A stretch of 64,000 nucleotides of DNA from an uncultured Hyphomicrobiales bacterium (GCA_964454975.1 CAYVVD010000016.1:5704-69703), one strand, 5' to 3'; shown: positions 19,159-29,031, counted from the stretch's first letter. Numbers and translations: made by a program. Notes: generated by a model not told the origin, from the sequence alone.

Positions 19159-19899
19159 ATGGAAAAACGTTCTGAACGACTGAAACACTTTCTGAAAGTG
19201 TGCTACGACAAAAATGCAATGAAGCTCGCCAAAAAGCTTGAAGAAATTATCGGCAGGGAGCTTTCACGGCAAAACATGTCCCATTACATGAACACCGAAA
19301 AACCAAGTACGCAACTGGTAAACTGGCTGTTCGATGCGGGTATGAATTCCAATTACTACCTGTATGGTATTGGTGATATGTTTGCCGAAAACGAAATAGG
19401 GAGGTTGCTACGCAAGAAGTATGCTTCACCAGACACAGTGGAGAATGCTGAGGAAATGATGAGCGAAGGCGGCTTTTCTGACAAGGATATCCAGAAGATT
19501 ATGAGAGACTGGATTGTTTACAACTTTAGCTCTGTTAGCAATTTTGCGCTTGCCCAGGGCGAGGATTTCGACCTAATCAACCACTACATGAACGGCGAAA
19601 AGGAACTGGATGATACTTTCATTATCATCATGCGTACTGCCGGTTTCAACTTTGCCGGCTTGTTCTACGAAGGCCAATCGCTTTACCTGGACAGTCCCGA
19701 AGGCCAGGCATTAAAAGCAAGGCACGAGAGCCGCGGCAAAACAGCTATGGGCTCACCGAGTTTTACGGCTGTTGCGGACATCAGGTCCACTTACAACAAA
19801 GAATTCCTGCAGCAGGTTATTGAAGAAGTCCTGCAGAGGGGCGAATCCGAGCCGAGGAGGCAGTATGGAACCCCATCCAAATATTACAAGAGAAGGTAA
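19159..19899 (+). CDS. Putative DNA-binding protein with two tandem Cro/CI-like HTH domains
   Basis: Two ~100 aa internal repeats sharing HYMNxEK and AGxN; GMNSNYYLYGIGDMF resembles the tail of phage-repressor-like HTHs; own terminator. Confidence 0.65.
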   Translation: MEKRSERLKHFLKVCYDKNAMKLAKKLEEIIGRELSRQNMSHYMNTEKPSTQLVNWLFDAGMNSNYYLYGIGDMFAENEIGRLLRKKYASPDTVENAEEMMSEGGFSDKDIQKIMRDWIVYNFSSVSNFALAQGEDFDLINHYMNGEKELDDTFIIIMRTAGFNFAGLFYEGQSLYLDSPEGQALKARHESRGKTAMGSPSFTAVADIRSTYNKEFLQQVIEEVLQRGESEPRRQYGTPSKYYKRR

Positions 19900-19903
19900 T
19901 TGT

Positions 19904-19932
19904 AAAAAACCCCGCCAAAAGCGGGGTTTTTT
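19904..19932. terminator. Bidirectional intrinsic terminator
   Basis: AAAAAACCCCGC-caaaa-GCGGGGTTTTTT. Confidence 0.85.
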
Positions 19933-19956
19933 ATTTTATTGGGTTTATATGATTTG

Positions 19957-20058
19957 TTCTCCAAGATTCGCTCTGCTCATCTTGGAGAATGTGTGGGAGC
20001 GAACCGTGGCGAACAAAGAGCTAAACAAAATATTTGCAATACTTCGCTTAGCTCCCAC
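19957..20058. repeat. Two adjacent intergenic inverted repeats (REP-like)
   Basis: TTCTCCAAGAT/ATCTTGGAGAA (19957-19989) and GTGGGAGC/GCTCCCAC (19993-20058) with inner GCGAA/TTCGC. Confidence 0.45.
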
Positions 20059-20245
20059 CCATTATTCATACCAATGCCTGTTCACATGTATATTCATCGA
20101 GTATTTTGAAAGTCTCCCGACTTGGCATCAAAAAACAAGTATGACACATGAAACGTAAATTCGTCTCAAAATTTATTGAAACAACTAATCCTTCAATTAA
20201 CAACTAAGATTTTTTTGCCGAAATTAAAGAAAATCAACTTGTAAA

Positions 20246-22279
20246 TTATTTCTTAACTTTCTCACCGGAGATGCGCTCTATTTCGTCGCGGAGATCGGCG
20301 GCGCGTTCGAAGTCCAGGTCTCGTGCGGAGCGTTTCATCTCGGCAAACAGCTGCTCGATGAACTCTTGCCGCTGCTTGTCGCTCATGTATTTTACCATTG
20401 GCTCTGCGGCTTTGTTGGCTTTCTCCGTTGTGCGCTTTTCAATCGTTCTTGCCCTCATCACTTGAATGTCAGCCACGGAAGTAGAGTTTAGGATTTCCTC
20501 GAGGGATTTATAAATAGTTGTCGGGTTGATGCCATGCTTGCGGTTGTAGTCAAGCTGCATTTCGCGGCGGCGGTTGGTTTCGTCAATAAGTGCTTTCATG
20601 GAGCGGGTGATTTTATCTGCGTACAAAATCACTTTGCCTTCCACGTTTCGCGCAGTCCTGCCCGCAATTTGCAATAATGAGGTTTCGCTTCGGAGGAAAC
20701 CTTCCTTGTCGGCATCAAGCACAGCCACAAGTGAGACTTCAGGCAGGTCCAACCCCTCGCGGAGGAGGTTCACGCCAACGAGTACATCATAGTCGCCAAT
20801 ACGCAGGTTGCGGATTATCTCTACCCTTTCGAGTGAATCTATGTCTGAGTGAATATATGCTACTTTAATCTTAAGATTTTGCAGGTATTCAGCAAGGTCC
20901 TCCGCCATTCGCTTTGTAAGTGTAGTAACAAGGACACGCTCATGCTTTTCAACCCGAATGTGGATTTCGTTAATCAAATCGTCAATCTGTGTTTTTACAG
21001 GCTTAACGAAAATCTCCGGATCAAGTAAGCCCGTCGGCCGGATTACCTGCTCAACAACAATTCCCTCGCAGGCTTCAAGCTCGTAAGGCCCCGGGGTGGC
21101 GCTAACGAATACTGCCTGCTTCATCATCTCCTCGAATTCCATAAACTGTAGAGGCCGGTTCTCCAATGCTGAAGGCAGGCGGAAGCCGTGCTCTACAAGC
21201 GTCTTTTTGCGCGAACGGTCCCCGTTGTACATGGCTCTTAGCTGAGGTATTGTAACGTGGCTTTCATCGATTATCAGCAGGAAATCTTCAGGGAAGTAGT
21301 CAATTATACATTGCGGGCGCTCCCCAAACTCCCTGCCGGAGAGATGCATGGAATAGTTCTCGATGCCGGAGCAATAACCTACTTCTTTCATCATTTCAAG
21401 GTCGAAGATAGTCCTCTGCTCCAGGCGTTGAGCTTCAACAAGCTTATCCTGTTTGCGTAGTTCTGTAAGGCGTTCGTATAGCTCGTCGCGGATATCGCCC
21501 ATAGCTCCATTGAGCTGGTCTTCCGATGTAACAAAAAGTTTTGCGGGATAAAGCGTAGTGGCTTCCGTTTCTGCAAGCATCTGCCCGGTGAGGGCATTAA
21601 TATAACTGAGCCTGTCAATTTCATCGCCGAACATCTCGATACGGATACCCTGTTTTTGTTCGTATGCCGGGATAATATCAATCACATCGCCGCGAACGCG
21701 GAATGTGCCTCGCTTGAACTCGAAATCATTTCGTTCGTAGTAGAGGTCCATCAGTTTGTAAAGCAAAGCCTGTCGGGTGATTTGCTGCCCGGTATATAAC
21801 GGGAACAGATGGTCTTTAAAGTCCTGCTTCCTGCCAATTGAGTAAATGCACGAAACCGAGGCAACTACTATTACATCCCTCCTGTCGGCAACAAGTGAAC
21901 TTGTGGCTTTCAAACGGAGGCGGTCAATCTCGTCGTTGATGGAAAAATCCTTTTCGATATATGTATCGGTAGTAGGTATATAAGCTTCCGGCTGGTAGTA
22001 ATCATAATATGAGATGAAATATTCTACGGAATTTTCAGGGAAGAAAGATTTAAACTCGCTATATAGCTGAGCGGCAAGTGTCTTGTTGTGAGAAATTATA
22101 AGCGCAGGACACTGCAACTGATCAATCATATTTGATATAGTAAACGTCTTGCCGGAACCAGTTACTCCAAGCAGTGTCTGGAACCTGTCGCCACGTTCAA
22201 CTCCCTCGACCAGTTCTCGGATTGCTTTGGGCTGGTCGCCTGCAGGCTTATAATTAGATACTAATTTAAACTGATTCAT
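20246..22279 (-). CDS. uvrB: Excinuclease ABC subunit B
   Basis: [51 protein letters not shown]-terminal UVR domain [11 protein letters not shown]. Confidence 0.98.
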   Translation of the reverse strand: MNQFKLVSNYKPAGDQPKAIRELVEGVERGDRFQTLLGVTGSGKTFTISNMIDQLQCPALIISHNKTLAAQLYSEFKSFFPENSVEYFISYYDYYQPEAYIPTTDTYIEKDFSINDEIDRLRLKATSSLVADRRDVIVVASVSCIYSIGRKQDFKDHLFPLYTGQQITRQALLYKLMDLYYERNDFEFKRGTFRVRGDVIDIIPAYEQKQGIRIEMFGDEIDRLSYINALTGQMLAETEATTLYPAKLFVTSEDQLNGAMGDIRDELYERLTELRKQDKLVEAQRLEQRTIFDLEMMKEVGYCSGIENYSMHLSGREFGERPQCIIDYFPEDFLLIIDESHVTIPQLRAMYNGDRSRKKTLVEHGFRLPSALENRPLQFMEFEEMMKQAVFVSATPGPYELEACEGIVVEQVIRPTGLLDPEIFVKPVKTQIDDLINEIHIRVEKHERVLVTTLTKRMAEDLAEYLQNLKIKVAYIHSDIDSLERVEIIRNLRIGDYDVLVGVNLLREGLDLPEVSLVAVLDADKEGFLRSETSLLQIAGRTARNVEGKVILYADKITRSMKALIDETNRRREMQLDYNRKHGINPTTIYKSLEEILNSTSVADIQVMRARTIEKRTTEKANKAAEPMVKYMSDKQRQEFIEQLFAEMKRSARDLDFERAADLRDEIERISGEKVKK

Positions 22280-23788
22280 TTAATTCCCGGGTGTCCTTCC
22301 ACTCAAAACAACAACGGATGCTGCAACCGACGCCGGTGAATCGGAGAAAGTGCAAATTGATACATCGCACTCCATTTCATCCCTGATATATGGATTTCCA
22401 AAGAATATACAAATTTTGTCCTTGCCTTCGGCAAGATCATCAATCTTGTTTCTGAATTCTTCGCTTATGCCTATTTCGCCTCCCCAGGCTCGGGATTTGT
22501 TGAAAAAAGCGTAGATTATATATTCGGCATCTACAATTCCGCCTTTGAGCCTGGCGAGGTCTTCAGTCTTTAAATTTTTATCGATATATCCGAAGTCGCA
22601 TTCTCCCTCCAGTGCCTGACCGAGCACTCGGAAAAAAAATGATGCCCTTTCCATGTCATCTTCCTTTTGAATGATAGCGAATGAAGCATACTGCTTCTTT
22701 CCGTTTATTGGAATCATCATTTTTTTGTCTTCGAGCTCAACCGCCGAGAGAGCAACATCGAGTGCAACATACTCGTTCTGCTCATTCATGCTTAAATCAT
22801 TCCCTTCAAAAGAATCGGCCCATTTTACGGCATCGTCAATTAACTGTGCTGAATATTCAATATGACCGGAAAATTCAGTAGATGCTTTCATTTCGCTGCT
22901 GATAGCTTCAATTGCCTCGAAAGGATCAACCGGCATAAGCGCAATATTGTTTCCGGCTCTCAGGGCTCTGACTGAAGCAACGCCGCTGGTGTAAAAATCT
23001 GAGATAGAGTTCATCTCAAGCGCATCGCTGAGGATGATTCCGTTAAAATCAAGTTCATTCCTTAAAATTCCTGTTACTATTTTTTCAGACAATGAAGCCG
23101 GGATACCGGAATCATCGAGGGCCGGCACAGACAGATGCCCTATCATCACAGATTTGACACCACTCTTTATAGCATTAATAAAAGGTATAAATTCAATGTC
23201 ATCCAGCCTCTTTCTATCGAATTTAAGAACCGGCAGGAAGATATGTGAATCAATATCTGTATCACCATGCCCCGGAAAGTGTTTAGCACAGGCAATGACC
23301 CCCTCAGCCTGGGTAGCTTCAATAAAATATGAAGAGAATACTGAAACATCATTATGGTTGTCAGCAAAAGAACGGATGTTGATAATAGGATTTTGTTTGT
23401 TTGAGTTAATGTCGCAAACCGGGGCAAGATTCCATTGAAAGCCAATTGACTTTCCTTCCCTGGCAATCAATCCGGCTACACGTTTGATTTTCTGTTCATC
23501 CCGGGTTTTACCAAGAGCCATGTGATGAGGGAACTCAGTGCCACCGGCAATTCGCATCGGTATGCCATGCTCCATATCGGCTGAGAATAATAGTTTTTGG
23601 CTTGCAATGCTTTGTAGATTTGCTGTAAGTTTTTTAGTGTTTGTAATTGTCCCCCTAAAGAGGCAAAACCCCCCTGCACCCTTTTCTGCAAGCGTGTTAA
23701 TATTATCCCTGTATTGGACATCGGAATAATACCTGTCAATGTCAATTCGCGGGAATACACAACGAGCAGCTAATTGTTCGTAATTCAT
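22280..23788 (-). CDS. GH3 beta-N-acetylhexosaminidase (NagZ-like)
   Basis: ADMEHG, NLAPVCDIN, KHFPGHGDTDIDSH, VMIGHL, SDALEM; no evident signal peptide. Confidence 0.88.
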   Translation of the reverse strand: MNYEQLAARCVFPRIDIDRYYSDVQYRDNINTLAEKGAGGFCLFRGTITNTKKLTANLQSIASQKLLFSADMEHGIPMRIAGGTEFPHHMALGKTRDEQKIKRVAGLIAREGKSIGFQWNLAPVCDINSNKQNPIINIRSFADNHNDVSVFSSYFIEATQAEGVIACAKHFPGHGDTDIDSHIFLPVLKFDRKRLDDIEFIPFINAIKSGVKSVMIGHLSVPALDDSGIPASLSEKIVTGILRNELDFNGIILSDALEMNSISDFYTSGVASVRALRAGNNIALMPVDPFEAIEAISSEMKASTEFSGHIEYSAQLIDDAVKWADSFEGNDLSMNEQNEYVALDVALSAVELEDKKMMIPINGKKQYASFAIIQKEDDMERASFFFRVLGQALEGECDFGYIDKNLKTEDLARLKGGIVDAEYIIYAFFNKSRAWGGEIGISEEFRNKIDDLAEGKDKICIFFGNPYIRDEMECDVSICTFSDSPASVAASVVVLSGRTPGN

Positions 23789-23794
23789 TATAAT

Positions 23795-24259
23795 CTAAGG
23801 TTTTATTAAAAGGATATCACCTTCGAAAGCAATAATTTTTTCTCTTATCTCCGCAGGCAAAGGAGTTGATTTCCCGGTTTTCAAGTCTGAAAGCACAGAG
23901 ATGTTTTTTACTGTTACAAATGGTAAACCATCGTTACGAGTCACCAGGTTCTCAAATGCAACAGAGCTTTTGCCAAGCTGTGATATGCGGGTATATACAA
24001 TGTACTCTTCTGCAAATTTTGCCGGATTAAAATAGTCAATTTCGGCATGTACAACAAGTATTGGAAAGGCTTTTTCGAATTGTGTGCCTCGCTTCATAAT
24101 CCCGCAATCCCATACGTATTCGGCTCTTGCCCATTCCGCCCAGAAAAGATATTGCAGGTTGTGAACTACCCGGAATGAATCAACTTCCGCAAAGCGGACA
24201 GTACCTTTCACGCTGTGCCTGAATCTGGACTTTAACAACTCAAAATCAATTTCTTTCAA
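23795..24259 (-). CDS. Acyl-CoA thioesterase (hotdog fold)
   Basis: VRFAEVDSFRVVHNLQYLFWAEWAR, IDYFNPAKF, LGKSS. Confidence 0.85.
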   Translation of the reverse strand: MKEIDFELLKSRFRHSVKGTVRFAEVDSFRVVHNLQYLFWAEWARAEYVWDCGIMKRGTQFEKAFPILVVHAEIDYFNPAKFAEEYIVYTRISQLGKSSVAFENLVTRNDGLPFVTVKNISVLSDLKTGKSTPLPAEIREKIIAFEGDILLIKP

Positions 24260-25302
24260 ATTCTCTCCTGTAATTCTTTTGCTGAATCATTGAGAATTGC
24301 CAAAGCTGCAGGAATTGTTTCGGAAGCGAGTTGAAAATGGAACACTACCCTCAGTTGATTATTACCCATAGGATGCAGCAACAGTCCTTTTTGGGAACAA
24401 GTATCAACCAGTTTGAGCGAGTCTATCCCCTTGATATGGCTGAAGACAACAATATTTGTTTCAACTGTGCTGATGTCGGCTGAGAAATAGTCGCTTTGAT
24501 TTGCAGTTTCGGCAAATTTACGCGCGTTTTCGTGGTCGCCCTTCAGTTTTTGTATATTGTTTTTTAAAGCATATATCCCGGCAGCAGCGAGAATACCGGC
24601 CTGCCGCATTCCTCCTCCAAGGATCTTGCGCATCTTCAATGCTTTTCTTATTAATTCTCTGCTCCCTGCGAGAAGCGAACCAACAGGTGCGCCCATTCCT
24701 TTAGACAGGCATACAGATACCGTATTAAAAGGACCACAATAATCACTTAATGAAATTCCCGTAGCTGCATGCGCATTCCAGAGCCTCGCACCGTCGCAAT
24801 GAAAATTCAAGCCTTTTTCTTTAACAAGTGAAGCCGCCGATTTGATATAGTCCATTGATATGATTGTTCCACCATGCCTGTTGTGGGTGTTTTCGAGACA
24901 CAAAAGGGATGTTTTTGGGTAATAATAAACATCCGGCCTTATTGCAGCTTCAATGTCATCCAGGTTCATTTCACCTTTTTGGGATTTAATCGGAAAAAGC
25001 TGAACTCTTGACAGAATCGAGGGTGCTCCGGTTTCATAATAAAAAATATGAGCATCCGCATCGAGGATTACTTCGTCCCCGGTATTAGTGTTTACAAACA
25101 CTCCGAGCTGATTTCCCATTGTACCTGACGGCACAAATAATGCAGCTTCTTTGCCGAGCAATTCTGCAACATAATCCTGCAGTTCATTAACAGTCGGATC
25201 CTCTCCATAAACATCATCGCCAACAGGAGCGCTTGCTATTGCCTCGCGCATCCCCTCATCGGGTACTGTCAGTGTGTCGCTTCTCAGGTCTATCATTTTC
25301 AT
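24256..25302 (-). CDS. ltaE: Low-specificity L-threonine aldolase
   Basis: IDLRSDT, VGDDVYGEDPTVNEL, PSGTMGNQL, LENTHN, DGARLWNA, CLSKG, GGGMRQAG. Confidence 0.93.
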   Translation of the reverse strand: MKMIDLRSDTLTVPDEGMREAIASAPVGDDVYGEDPTVNELQDYVAELLGKEAALFVPSGTMGNQLGVFVNTNTGDEVILDADAHIFYYETGAPSILSRVQLFPIKSQKGEMNLDDIEAAIRPDVYYYPKTSLLCLENTHNRHGGTIISMDYIKSAASLVKEKGLNFHCDGARLWNAHAATGISLSDYCGPFNTVSVCLSKGMGAPVGSLLAGSRELIRKALKMRKILGGGMRQAGILAAAGIYALKNNIQKLKGDHENARKFAETANQSDYFSADISTVETNIVVFSHIKGIDSLKLVDTCSQKGLLLHPMGNNQLRVVFHFQLASETIPAALAILNDSAKELQERI

Positions 25303-25861
25303 CCTGAATATTTTGTGGAATACTATTATTTAGCTCAGGAGCCAGCAATTGCTTTTTCTTAAGAAGAACCTCCTTTGCTTTAATTCCCTTTTTGGGAACA
25401 AAAACCGGGGCTTTAAACAGTGAATCTGAAGGTACCTTCACACCTGGAACCTTATGTGAAATCCAGCTGTAAGTGTAGGCGCTGTCAATGTAATTAAGCT
25501 TTTCTTCCAGGTCTTTTCTCTTAGGGTACATCTCCATAAGCTTCTTTAAAGCTTTTTCTTTTGGAGCTGCTACCAATTCGTCAATGTAAAAATACACCAT
25601 AAGTAGCTTTAATAATTCCGGGTTCCCGTCATTTAAATCCCTGTTTCCTTTTCTAATCTCCTTTCCGACATGCCTTAGGAAAGATTCATTGTAACTGTTT
25701 ACTTTAACAAAAACGAAAACTGCTTTACCCCTTGGAGAATTATCCGCAAAAGAGTCAACAATTTTATATTTCGGGCGGGTAAATTCATACCAGAATACAA
25801 TTGCAGCAATTATTACAACAATAGCGACAAGAGATAGTATAATTATTTTCTTTTTGCTCAA
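25256..25861 (-). CDS. Hypothetical membrane-anchored basic protein
   Basis: N-terminal TM helix; overlaps both neighbours within the operon. Confidence 0.65.
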   Translation of the reverse strand: MSKKKIIILSLVAIVVIIAAIVFWYEFTRPKYKIVDSFADNSPRGKAVFVFVKVNSYNESFLRHVGKEIRKGNRDLNDGNPELLKLLMVYFYIDELVAAPKEKALKKLMEMYPKRKDLEEKLNYIDSAYTYSWISHKVPGVKVPSDSLFKAPVFVPKKGIKAKEVLLKKKQLLAPELNNSIPQNIQDENDRPEKRHTDSTR

Positions 25862-26517
25862 ATCAGGTTCAGAAATGGTACACCCATATTTTGTGATAAA
25901 AAACCGCCAAGCCAGAATACAATTCCAAAAGACAATGGAATTGTAAGATTATCATCCATTTTCATCAGGCTTGAAGCTGCTTCTGCGAAAGCTGCCACAA
26001 CAGCACCAATAATACCAGTAGTATAAAAAGTCCATGGGGCATTAAAAAAGAAGCCATATATCATAATAACGACAATCGCAGAAATAATGAAGGCGATTGT
26101 CCCTTCCATAGACTTATCAAACAATGGTGTCCTTCCGATATTCCTGCCAACAAGTGCTGCGCTTACATCAGAAATAATTAAAATTGTGAATCCAACAACC
26201 ATAGGAAGCTTTGGAAATATTGCCACGCATATAACTGCAGAAAGCAAAACCCAGGAAGCACCGTTCAGTACAAACCCTCCCTGAAGCTCATGCGGCCTGA
26301 GCATCCTACTGAAATACTTGAATATGAAATTATGCAGGAACATATTTTTCCTGCTGAAAATGTCGATGATTATCGTTAATATTGCTAATGGAATTAAAGT
26401 AGCAAGGGCGGTTTCCTTCGATACATATATATAAATCAATGGAATAGCCAGGGAACTCATGTGAATCCCCTTTCTTAATAATTCCTGTTCAATTGGTATA
26501 TTGCTGTTACTTATCAT
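25858..26517 (-). CDS. CTP-dependent polyprenol/phytol/diacylglycerol kinase family (dolichol kinase-like)
   Basis: ELLRKGIH, LRPHE, SDVSAALVGRNIG, KSMEGT, AEA..DDNLTIPL. Confidence 0.88.
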   Translation of the reverse strand: MISNSNIPIEQELLRKGIHMSSLAIPLIYIYVSKETALATLIPLAILTIIIDIFSRKNMFLHNFIFKYFSRMLRPHELQGGFVLNGASWVLLSAVICVAIFPKLPMVVGFTILIISDVSAALVGRNIGRTPLFDKSMEGTIAFIISAIVVIMIYGFFFNAPWTFYTTGIIGAVVAAFAEAASSLMKMDDNLTIPLSFGIVFWLGGFLSQNMGVPFLNLI

Positions 26518-26523
26518 AATTTA

Positions 26524-27366
26524 ATGCGTTATCCTCTACAATCATATGCCAAAATCAACATTGGCCTTCAAATCCTGAACAAACGTGTTGACGGGTATCA
26601 TAACGTAAACACTATATATCACCGTATCTGCCTGCACGATATGCTCGTGCTCGAAAAATCAAATGAACTCGAAGTGATTTGCAACCGGGACCTTGGGTTT
26701 CCCCAGGAAGAAAACATTGTCTTCAGGGCTGCTCAAGAAGTAATCAGACTATCCGGGCGTGATATTGGCCCAAAACTATTTCTTGAAAAGAATATACCAA
26801 TGGGAGCCGGCCTCGGTGGAGGAAGCAGCAATGCAGCGGCTGCCATCAACGCCTTAGACTGGTTTTACATCCTGAACCTGGGCTACCAGACAAAATTTGA
26901 AATAGCAAAAAAAATCGGTTCAGACGTTCCGTTTTTTCTTGGCGGCCAAACTGCAAGGGGAACAGGAAAAGGAGAAATACTCGATTATTTTGACCTCAAT
27001 CTACCTTATTGGATTCTTATTATTAATCCGGGGATTCATATTTCAACTCCCGAAGCTTATGCAGCCCTCGAGCGAGACTCTGCTCCTGTCCGGGCAGCAG
27101 ATTTTCTTTCAATATTAATAGACCCTGAACTACAATCAACAGAATTGAAAGAACTGATTTTTAATGATTTCGAACCTTATGTTTTTGAAAAACATCCTGA
27201 AATCGGAGTAATAAAAAACAAACTTTACGAATGTGGTGCAAAGCTTGCACTACTATCCGGTAGCGGTTCCAGCGTGTTTTCTTTTTTTGATTCCAAAGAA
27301 CTAGCCGAGTATTCGGCGTCGCAATTCACTTATAAGTCATGGCTTTGTGAGCCTTCAAACTTATAA
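26524..27366 (+). CDS. ispE: 4-diphosphocytidyl-2-C-methyl-D-erythritol kinase
   Basis: AKINIGL...KRVDGYH, KNIPMGAGLGGGSSNAA, IGSDVPFF, NDFE, LSGSGSSVF. Confidence 0.96.
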   Translation: MRYPLQSYAKINIGLQILNKRVDGYHNVNTIYHRICLHDMLVLEKSNELEVICNRDLGFPQEENIVFRAAQEVIRLSGRDIGPKLFLEKNIPMGAGLGGGSSNAAAAINALDWFYILNLGYQTKFEIAKKIGSDVPFFLGGQTARGTGKGEILDYFDLNLPYWILIINPGIHISTPEAYAALERDSAPVRAADFLSILIDPELQSTELKELIFNDFEPYVFEKHPEIGVIKNKLYECGAKLALLSGSGSSVFSFFDSKELAEYSASQFTYKSWLCEPSNL

Positions 27367-27430
27367 ATTAAGAAATAAAATATTATCAATTACATATTGA
27401 CTATCGTTTTATGGATAATCTATTTTCTCT

Positions 27431-27438
27431 TATCTTTG
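27431..27438 (+). promoter_or_regulatory. Bacteroidota-type -7 promoter element (TAnnTTTG) for glgA
   Basis: TATCTTTG about 30 nt upstream of the glgA ATG. Confidence 0.45.
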
Positions 27439-27466
27439 AAACTTTAAACCAAATGCAATCTATTGG

Positions 27467-28936
27467 ATGAACATCTTACTCGTTAGCGCCGAAGTCTCAC
27501 CTTATGCCAAAACAGGGGGGCTTGCGGATGTTACGTCTTCCCTGCCGCGACAGTGGCAAAAATACGGGCAGAATCCAATAGTGGTCATGCCAAAATACAG
27601 CTTTATTGATACAGCTAAATATGGATTCAAGCCCACAGGATTAAAATTAAATGTGCCAATGGGATTTTGGGAAGAGTACGCCTGGCTTTGGTCAGGGAAA
27701 CTCCCCGATTCGGATGTCCCGGTTTTCCTTGTTGAAAATGACTCTTACTTCGGAAGGAAAGGCATTTATGGGGACCCGCATGAATATTTCGATAATGACA
27801 GGCGGTTCATTTTCCTGAGCAGGGCAGTTTTCGAAGCTGCTAAAGCGTTGGACTTCACTCCTGATATCATTCATGCACATGATTTCCATACTGCATTCAG
27901 CCTGGCATTTTTGAAATCGCAATACCGCCATGATCTTAGGTTTTTCAATACTGCGGGGATTTACACAATCCATAATCTTGCTTACCAGGGGAAATTCAAT
28001 CCCCACAGAATTATGGAATTCGCGGGCTTTGGGATAAGCGAATTTTACCCGGGATCATGGTTCGAACACTATGGTGTTGTAAATGCAATGAAAACCGGGA
28101 TAATGTTTGCCGATAAAATAACCACAGTTAGCCCTACATATGCAAAAGAAATCCGTAACCCATATTTCGGCGAAGGGATGCATAATGTACTCAATCACAG
28201 AGGGGCTGAACTTGTCGGGATTCTGAACGGCGCTGATTATGATGAATGGAACCCGGGTTTAAATAACACCGTAATACACCCTTATTCTGTTGAATCCCTG
28301 GGAATTAAAGAATCAAACAAAAAGGCATTGCTTGATGAGTTTGGAATTGTTGAAGACGGGCTTGATTTACCGGTTATTGGTATGGTTTCAAGGCTTGCCG
28401 AGCAAAAGGGGCTGGATATTATATTCCCGATTATCGAAAAATATTTATTAGATAAAAAGTTTAGGTTTGTAGTACTAGGTTCCGGAGAGCAGCGCTACGT
28501 TGACCATTTGAATTATCTGAACGAAAAATATCCCGGTATTGCAATTGTGTATATTGGCTATGATAACGACCTTGCACACAGGATTTTTGCTGCCAGCGAC
28601 TTTATTTTTGTACCTTCGCGATTTGAGCCTTGCGGCCTCACACAGATGTACGCGATGCGATTTGGTGCATTGCCTATAGTTAGAAAAACCGGGGGCCTCG
28701 CTGACACGGTAAGAGAATACAATTCAATATCAGGTGAAGGAAATGGATTTGTCTTCCTGCATTATAATTCTGAAGACCTGGCATTTGCAATAGACAGGGC
28801 GATTGCAATGTACAAGGTTGAGCCGTATTGGAATCTTGCACGCAAAAATGCCATGTTGGAAGATTATTCTGTTACTGTTTCCGCTCTCGAATATCTAAAC
28901 TTGTTTAAATGGGCACTTGAGAAAGTAAGGCTATGA
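27467..28936 (+). CDS. glgA: Glycogen synthase
   Basis: PYAKTGGLADV, IHAHD, TIHNLAYQG, TVSPTYA, SRLAEQKG, PSRFEPCGLTQMYAM, RKTGGLADTV. Confidence 0.96.
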   Translation: MNILLVSAEVSPYAKTGGLADVTSSLPRQWQKYGQNPIVVMPKYSFIDTAKYGFKPTGLKLNVPMGFWEEYAWLWSGKLPDSDVPVFLVENDSYFGRKGIYGDPHEYFDNDRRFIFLSRAVFEAAKALDFTPDIIHAHDFHTAFSLAFLKSQYRHDLRFFNTAGIYTIHNLAYQGKFNPHRIMEFAGFGISEFYPGSWFEHYGVVNAMKTGIMFADKITTVSPTYAKEIRNPYFGEGMHNVLNHRGAELVGILNGADYDEWNPGLNNTVIHPYSVESLGIKESNKKALLDEFGIVEDGLDLPVIGMVSRLAEQKGLDIIFPIIEKYLLDKKFRFVVLGSGEQRYVDHLNYLNEKYPGIAIVYIGYDNDLAHRIFAASDFIFVPSRFEPCGLTQMYAMRFGALPIVRKTGGLADTVREYNSISGEGNGFVFLHYNSEDLAFAIDRAIAMYKVEPYWNLARKNAMLEDYSVTVSALEYLNLFKWALEKVRL

Positions 28937-28982
28937 TATTTGCAATTTATAGTAATTTTTAATATTGCCTTGAGTCATGCAA

Positions 28983-29006
28983 GGCTTCGACTGCGCTAAT
29001 CCTGAC
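28983..29006. repeat. Degenerate Bacteroidota-type REP-like element
   Basis: GGCTTCGACTGCGCTAATCCTGAC resembles the CTTCGACnnnGCTCAGnnTGAC intergenic repeat class (from recall); lies between convergent genes. Confidence 0.4.
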
Positions 29007-29031
29007 GAATTGACTTTCATTCAAATCAGTT

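Noticed and set aside
20140-20155. parS-like 16-mer TATGACACATGAAACG
   Set aside because: Only 11 of 16 positions match TGTTTCACGTGAAACA and it is not palindromic; I saw no convincing parS site in the window.
19772-20158. 128 aa ORF overlapping the HTH gene end
   Set aside because: Runs through a terminator and palindromic DNA, and has no plausible protein features.
19159-22279. Apparently higher GC in the HTH gene and uvrB suggesting a foreign block
   Set aside because: Impression by eye only; uvrB is tightly coupled to its upstream operon and no boundary repeats are visible.
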